The translations under genes and the position numbers were made by a program. Of a stretch of DNA of 64,000 bases, positions 57,001-64,000 are shown piece by piece (the first letter of the stretch is position 1; each line of letters starts with the position of its first letter). Origin of the DNA: Amoebophrya sp. A120. Taxonomy: Eukaryota > Protista > Dinoflagellata. The notes under the pieces are model-generated. The model searched no databases and was not told where the DNA came from. It worked only from the letters and a program-made list of their open reading frames with translations. The stretch covers positions 10,473,732-10,537,731 of the forward strand of contig CAJINV010000003.1 of NCBI GenBank assembly GCA_905178155.1, in the 5' to 3' direction.

Positions 57001-57916
57001 GGGGCTGGCTTTTCTGCAGCGTGGCAGAGGCACGACCGCTGAGGACGCGCAGCACGCAACCGCATCATCTCCAACGGCCTTGGCCTCCTCGACGGGGGAG
57101 CACAAGCTCCCTTTGCTCGCCAGGGTGCGCACGCGGCTGGTAAACCTGCTCCCGGAACAGCGCACAAGCGGGGAGCCGCCGCGCTCCTTCCTGCAGCTGC
57201 GGGCTGGAAACGAGATCTTTGAGGACTCGTCCTCTGGGGGGCGCGGTGTGGTCTATGCCTCATCTTCTTCACCTGCTTCCTCCGAACAAGTAGCGGCGAC
57301 TTTGCCGCAGATCAAACCCGTCGCCTTCTTGAGCAGGAGCAACCGGAGAACCACTGCCCTGCCACTAGCCGGCAGCAGCGACGAAAATTCGGACGCTGCA
57401 GGCGCTTACTCTCCTGGAGGTCGTGGGGCTGTCGCCGTTTCCGTTTCGTTTCTACGGAAGGGCCGGGGCGGGCACGACGTTGCTTCCACGAGCGGGCGCT
57501 CCGGAGAGGCCTTCCTGGCGCGCGGCCGTGGCAAGAGGACCAAAGCAGTCACGCCGGAAAAGCCACGGGATCTCAGCTCCACGACGTCGAAGGTGCAGCA
57601 TCAACAGCCGCACACCTCTTTCTTGGGCCGAAAGGAGCACAAGCAGGCTCAATGGTCCTCCCATATTGAAATTGCGACCGACGGCGACGTGACATTCACG
57701 AAAACCGAGCGACCTCTCAGATTTTTAGAGCGCGGCCGCGCGGCAGCCACTCGGGTGGATCAGCAGCACGAGCAGCTGCAGCAGGGTTCCTTTTTACAAA
57801 ACAAGAATGTCGCAGAGGAGACGCCGCGGCGCAGCCTCCTCTCGCGCGGCCGGACGGGAAGAGCGACAGCATCCAGGAGCATCGAGCCGAAAGGAGGCGT
57901 CCTCGCGGAGGAGTGA
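54076..57916 (+). CDS. Hypothetical single-pass membrane protein: low-complexity N-terminus, one TM, C-terminal region with repeated (S/A)FL-x-R motifs; middle exons and true stop uncertain
   Basis: ORF segments 54076-54505, 54751-~54942, ~55318-55485 (TM YAFFMLILLCLIALLATSFAIW) and 56933-57916. Confidence 0.55.
54508..54747. mobile_element. Introner-like element
   Basis: TATC...GATA ends; perfect flanks GTGCT/GTGCT; join gives NACAFAMH in frame. Confidence 0.85.
55978..56370 (+). repeat. Dispersed ~400-bp repeat, copy 2
   Basis: Colinear with 22283-22699. Confidence 0.8.
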
Positions 57917-60857
57917 CCTTGCTTCAAACAAGATGGAAAAATTGGAAGCGCACCTGCAGAGCGGAGATATGGATATGGTACGAGCTGCTGCTGCAGCCGG
58001 AGAAGACGACGACGAGCCACACGTGCAACACCCACGCAAGAACATTCGTGCGGCGACGTCGATGCAGAAGCTTTTTCCACCAGCACAACAACGGCGATCA
58101 AAACCTCGAAAATGAACTGGAGCATCACGATCAACATGAACAACATTGTATCTATATCAATTTCAATCAGTTTTATGTTAGTTTTACCCGGTGTTATTCT
58201 TATTTTTCCTTCCCCACATAAACGAAAACGAAGCCTGAAGACCATTGACATACCTAATGAAGCACTAGTACACGAGGTTTGAGACTAGTTCTTTGCAACG
58301 AAGATTTTTGCAGTTTTTATTGTTTACGCCCCCAAGTTCCACTTACTTCATATTTCTACAGCTAGATTTTCTTTTTCAGTTTTAAGAACCAACCCAGTTT
58401 TTCTCCCTACCTAGCGAGCGGGGCGATCGTGCCCAATTCTTTATTTCTCGTTCTACCTAAAGATCGGTATCTCATTTGCCGTGTTGATTGTTTTCTATTC
58501 TTTGGCACTTTACTTTTTGCTTTTTCTACTTTATATATTTTTTGTTATTTTTGTGTACATACTGTCTTTGCTTTTGCGTCTTACACCTACTTACATTTTC
58601 GATTTATTTTGAGTTTTTCACATAGCGACCGCATTTCTCCTTCCACCTTACTAACGAGCGGGTAGCAGACAAGCAAATGAGCCGAGCTCTTTGTCTGCTC
58701 CAGAATATTCTATAGCCCAGAGAGAGGCCTTTTCTCGAGCGACCGCAATGCCTTATCACGCACTTCTGCTCTAAATACGACATTAGTTGCTGGTCTGAAG
58801 CCGTCCTGCGACCGAAACGGAGTGGATGAATCACAACCACCAGGAATGTGTTGTTGCAAGTCGCGTTGGTTATGTTTCCGTCTCGTAAGAGCGGGCTGCT
58901 GACAAAGCTTGAATAAAAGAAGAAGGCGATCCTGGAAATGACTCTGAGCGTTCGTCGTGAGCGAATAAAAGTGCTGTCGAGCAGAAAGACTGGGAGGTCA
59001 AACAGAGACACCGGCGATAACACGCACTTCTGAGTCTTGCCTCTTGCCAGATCCAACGTGTTTGGCCGTGGTCTGTAATGTGTTGATTGATTGCCACCCA
59101 ACCTCAACCATCGAAACAGAGAACAGCACGGACGCTCTCCTACTTACTTTCACCTGTCATTAACATTATCATTGGAGGTCATTATCTTCATGAAGACACT
59201 ATACTATACATCACTATCCGCCCGGACTCCTTGATGAAGTTCCTCACATTGCATCTGGGGTGACTGCAGCTAGACGGCTGTGTCAGGTGCTAGTCCTTTC
59301 TTGCATTCTCAATCTCATTGCTGGGGAAAAAATAAGAACGACTGGCCATGGGTGTCTACTCGCTGGGACGTCGAGGAGAGCGAGGAGCGGGAGCGGTGTT
59401 AGTCAATTAGTGATTGCAAGTGCAATGCAGAGAAGGTAGAAGTATCCTCGTTAGATACCTGCGCCTTGCCGTGCTGCTTTCGGAGGTGTTGTATATATGA
59501 GATACAAGTAGGTATTAGAGAGTCTGAAGCTGCTCATGGTCATGCTCATGGTGCAACTACTTACTCTTTCAAAATAGCACAATAGGGGTGCATGTGACAA
59601 AGGTCCGGCTTGAAGATAACGAGCTTCCTTCGGCCAACAAGTTGTCAGTCACTTCAACAGGAGGGGCTCCTGTTGCGGTAATCTACATGAATGAATCATT
59701 CCATTGCGCCACTGCTGCTGCAGCAGAAGTCGGGTAGACAAATCATGACACCGCACTTGCTGCCTATGGATTATGAGTCAGCGGGGAAATCCTCAAAATG
59801 TAAACGGGATGTAATGCATGCGCGAGCAGACTGCGACTGGTCAGGTCAGGGTGCGAACTAGTAGCGAAGATGAAGAAATGCGGACGCGGAGGAATACAAG
59901 AAAATCTGAAACTACTTGGCATTTATTTTGACATCTAAAAGTGAACACCGCAACTACACGGCATTTTTGACAGAAGGATAAGAAAGGTGTAAACTCGAAA
60001 AATTTAAAATGAAAGACCACGCATAGAATAGGCGGCCATGTTGAAAGGGGGAGTCGGCGATGGTGTCAGATACTGATACCCCGCATGTTGCAACGCGTAC
60101 TGCGTCGCGCGGAAGTTGCAACATAGGTTGCCGTTTAGATCGGTTTAGCAGCGCAACCGATTTGTATTCATTTCGATGATTTTCCTACTTTTGGCAGCAC
60201 TTTCATACTGCCTTTCGACTGTCTGTACCCACAGGACGCGGTAAATGCGTTATTTAAGAAATTGAGAACTCCGTCGTCCTCGTCTTCGTTAGGAACAGGC
60301 AGTGGCGACAAGAAAGGAAGCGCAATTGCGGAGAATTTCGTACGGGAAAGCTCATTCTTCAAGTCGTGCTGCGACACACTGCCGAAAAGTGATACGGACA
60401 ATACGGCACTCGATCCAGTGGTCTTCGCTCCCATAAGTATCAGAGATGGGCTTTGGCTATGCCTATGCTTTTCTTCTCTACTATACTTTTTTGCTTGGTC
60501 GTTCTAGAAAAGAAGTTGGATTCCATTACCATTTGAAGGATATCCCGAAAAAGCAGACGAGAAAGCGAATTTGCCCAAAGGGAGTGCATTCAATTTTTGC
60601 ATCTTTCTTGCGCCTGCTCTCACTTGTTGCTACGGAGCTTGCACTTCCTTGGCGAGCTGCATGTGAAGCGTCTAGGTCCACATGATTCGCTTTACCTAAT
60701 AAAACCCAGATTAGCAGCTGCAGCATTGAAATAGTATGAGGAGTTGAAGATGTGTCGTCCTCCGATACTAGGTGCTACAACGCACGGGCGTTTGCTATTG
60801 CTTCGGAAGTGCCATGATAAAATATGCTCAACAGTCAACCTGCACCAAACCCAAACA

Positions 60858-63770
60858 CCAGATGAGTGCGCATTGGAGGCGATGTTGCAGTATCACAGCG
60901 CATGCCTTCGCTACTGCTACGACGTCGGCTTTTCGAGCATCGCAGCGAACTTCGTTTGCTCTTTGTTGGCGTTTCTGCTGCGGCTCTCCGCGAGGGGACG
61001 ATCAAGATTGAGTATATCCCATGAACAAAATCCCCCTACCCCGGTTTTTCATCGTTTTTCAAACTATTGAGCAGGTCTGAAAAAAAAAAAAACGCGACCC
61101 GGTCACATGACCCGAGCGTGTGGACCTGAGCGACAGACTCTGTGCACTAGCTAGGGAAAAGGTGGACGATGAGAAGTGACCTTGTGCACACCAGCCACTT
61201 TATCCGAACCATGTGAGATAGCTAGCAACTTTTAGTTTATCAGACATGAGCCATCCGAAATTTGCATATACCAAAATAGTGCTCATGTCCGAAATCCGTG
61301 GATCTCGGATCTCGAGATCAAGTCGAGACCCGAGATCCGCGGACTCTGCGGATCCGAAAACTATTGAGCAGGTCGAAAAAAGTAAAAACCCGAGCTGCCC
61401 AATAGTTTTACTTACAAATGCAAAAACATGACCTCCCTAAACGTGGACCATACCGCGCAAGTTCATACTGCGCCCCCGAACAAACTTGGGGACTCTGCTG
61501 CCATCATGCAGCAGATAGCTTGGTCGAGCCGGTTGCTGAGCATACCACGCATCTTCGTACTGAACCCCCGACGGAGAACCGAAATCAACCCAAACCGAAA
61601 ACCATAGCGATCATTTGTCGTTTTTGTGCTGCGAAAAATGCAGGAAAATCGTCGGGGTAGCTGCCCGAACATGCAGCGGAGTGCGATTTTTTTCAAATCA
61701 GGCCCATTGCGCCAAAGTGCGCCGCTTTTGTTGATTTTTGCAAATTGTGGGCCGGCTCGTGATTTTTCATTCCACTTCTAGGGCTGGCCCACCAGAATAC
61801 TCAGAGCCGGGGCTTCAGAAGTTTGCTGAGCCTTTGGACCCAGATAGTGCAATATTACTAATGGCAGTACTTTCATACACATGCGCGCTGCGCGAAATTC
61901 GGATGGCTCGCGCTTGATAGTTTCCAACTTTCTAGCTATCTCACATGTTTCAAATTAATTAGCTCTTAGTGCGCAAAGGGTGCTGCTTCATGGTCCACCT
62001 CTTCCGCAGCTAGTGCACAGACACAGAGTCTGATGCTCGGGAACCGACGTCGGCATGTGTGAGCAGGTGCCGAAAAAGAAAAAATCAAACCTGCTCAATA
62101 GTTGAAAAAGCGACGAAGTTCCGGGGTAGGGGGAGAAATTTCGTCGAATAGAGTACAGCCCTGCTTTCATTCATGTGATTTTATAACAGGTGAGATGCAA
62201 GCCTTTACGCCTGTTGTTGCGGTGCACACGCAGAGCGGAAAGCGCAGCAAAGCCAAATGCATCCTGACCACGCGCATTTGCATTTCTGCACTTGCTTTAT
62301 GCTCCGACCGATTTTGTACGCATTCTGCCTCTACTAGAGGCACGAGGAAAGATGCGCGAAGAAGACATTGAAAAAAGAGAAAGAGCTACTAGTTGATCAT
62401 GCGCATTCTGACAGCGACCGCGCACCCCAAAAGCACTGAAATTCTTTTAATTACAGTATTACAGTGCGTGCATCGTCATCATTTTTATTTTTTGCTGCAT
62501 TAATCAGGTGACGAAAAAACCTAGCCTAAGCCAACGACGTTACCACTAGGGTACCAGGGCAGGCTATTCCTGCCGCGCGTCGGAGGAGGGAGTTGCGCCG
62601 AGCCCCGCTCGAACTAATCACCATCATCATCATCAGGTGACTTCAGTGGAGATTTGCCACTGCAGAAGGAAGTACTCGTTGCGTATCGCGATGGTCTGCT
62701 GGCTTTGTACCGTGACGGAATATTAATTGCGCTTGGAGAGAGCTTGCCGCATATGAGCCTCAGTACATGTTCTTGTAGACATAGTCGCAGTCGGAGTCGA
62801 CTCACACGTCTCTTTGTTCAGAACGAATCAAGCGAGACTACAGACTGCAAGTCGCTAGTAAGGGTTTTTAATTATGACAAGTGCTCTGTGCAGCTTGTCT
62901 AGCACTAGCACTTCAGCTGGGCCGCACGCGGTTCGATATTGTGCACCCAGTCTAGAAACGAATAAACCGACTGGGTGAGGTCGTGGAGCCCATACATTCT
63001 CATTCATCGATAGACGAGAGGAAGGTGGTCTCTTGATATGATGAAATGCGCTCAATGGATTACGATTGGGTGGGTGGGGCTCCCGAAATGCGCGGCGCGC
63101 ACTAGCTCTGGAGGGCGGGTGGATTACTCATTTCAGCACGACTTTTCCGAACTGCGGAAGCTCTGCCAGTCCTGGGCCAGATAACTTAGTTTCTTGCCCT
63201 TGTCAAGTTCTCGCTCTTTGGCTCCTCCTTTAGATGATGGCGGGGAACAGATGGAACGACCACAAACCTGATACTTGTGATTAGTGCCTGCGCGCATTTT
63301 TCTCCGGAGAACTGCGCTGCAGGGTAGCATCGCTTGCGCGCTCCTCGCGTTCTTCTTTTTCCTCATGCGCACACGACTTGCCAAAGAATTTCAATTTCTG
63401 CGCCATGAGCCCAAAAGATGCCTGCAAAGAGCCGCAGACTTGTCCGACTTTTTCACACGTCTGGAGGCGATGTGTGTGCCTGCGTGTCCTCCGCGGAGGT
63501 CCGCTTTCCGTTGATGAGCTTGAGCTCAGCTCTCGGACTCGGGAGCATTTTCAATCTGGTACTGCGCGCGACAAGAACATCGAGACTGACTTGCATGGTC
63601 ATGGAGAGGCGGATATGACTATGAGGAAAAGGGGTGAGTTGTGTCATAGCGTAATTTTAGCGACTCTGGTGCGGTAAGTTTTTTACGGAATCAAATCTGC
63701 GGGGGAGTCCGAGCTTGTTACCACCTATGCTATGCGGAGCCTATTCAAGCACTACAAACTTTACCAGTAG
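60858..63770 (+). CDS. CFAP119/C8orf74-like (CLAMP domain) flagellar protein, partial; both ends undetermined, continues toward or past the window end
   Basis: Exon fragments MLQYHSACLRYCYDVGFSSIAANFVCSLL, KEVLVAYRDGLLALYRDG|IKSAGESELVTTYAMRSLFKHYKLYQ; the F(R/K)HYKLY motif is typical of this family. Confidence 0.65.
61015..62150. mobile_element. TA...TA element with ~65-bp TIRs and an extra internal copy of part of the TIR
   Basis: TCCCCCTACCCCGG..AACTATTGAGCAGG vs CCTGCTCAATAGTT..CCGGGGTAGGGGGA; perfect flanks GAGTA/GAGTA. Confidence 0.88.
62721..63685. mobile_element. Introner-like element
   Basis: TA...TA ends; perfect flanks CGGAA/CGGAA; join gives RDGIKSAGE in frame. Confidence 0.78.
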
Positions 63771-64000
63771 TATGAAATTGCGCATCAGTTTTGTTTCGTG
63801 ATTCGTCCACAGCTCCTACTTTTAGAAGCTCTTGCGTGAGCCGCGCTTAATTCTTACGGTGGCCGCCCACCACTGCGACGCACAGTTTGAGGACTTGTCT
63901 GGATAATATTTTTTCATCTTCATGCTTATCTTCCACTCCTTCCATTGGTCGTCAGCGTTCGCGATGGAGACATGTGGAGGCGTCATGACACCGTCACTGG

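Overview
Eukaryotic, intron-rich genomic DNA that uses the standard genetic code. It most resembles a syndinian dinoflagellate such as Amoebophrya (inferred from co-oriented genes and mostly non-GT-AG introns). All nine genes I can reconstruct lie on the + strand: glycerol kinase (5' end outside the window); an SLC35/TPT-type transporter fused to a LicD/fukutin-type transferase domain; two further SLC35/TPT transporters; a CS/p23-domain protein; a degenerate myosin-motor-like protein lacking a P-loop; a RING-H2 protein with two SAP-like repeats; a membrane protein with repeated (S/A)FL-x-R motifs; and a CFAP119/CLAMP-like protein (runs off the 3' end). The main signal is about 22 intervening sequences sharing one geometry: 5-nt direct repeat + element with 5'-TA...TA-3' ends and terminal inverted repeats + 5-nt direct repeat. 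In nearly all cases, removing the element plus one repeat copy restores the reading frame and conserved motifs whatever the boundary dinucleotides, with the junction apparently after base 3 of the repeat. Also present are two hAT-like MITEs with 8-bp TSDs, foldback and palindromic arrays, and nested repeats. Exon boundaries are inferred by eye from protein motifs and are not confirmed by transcripts.
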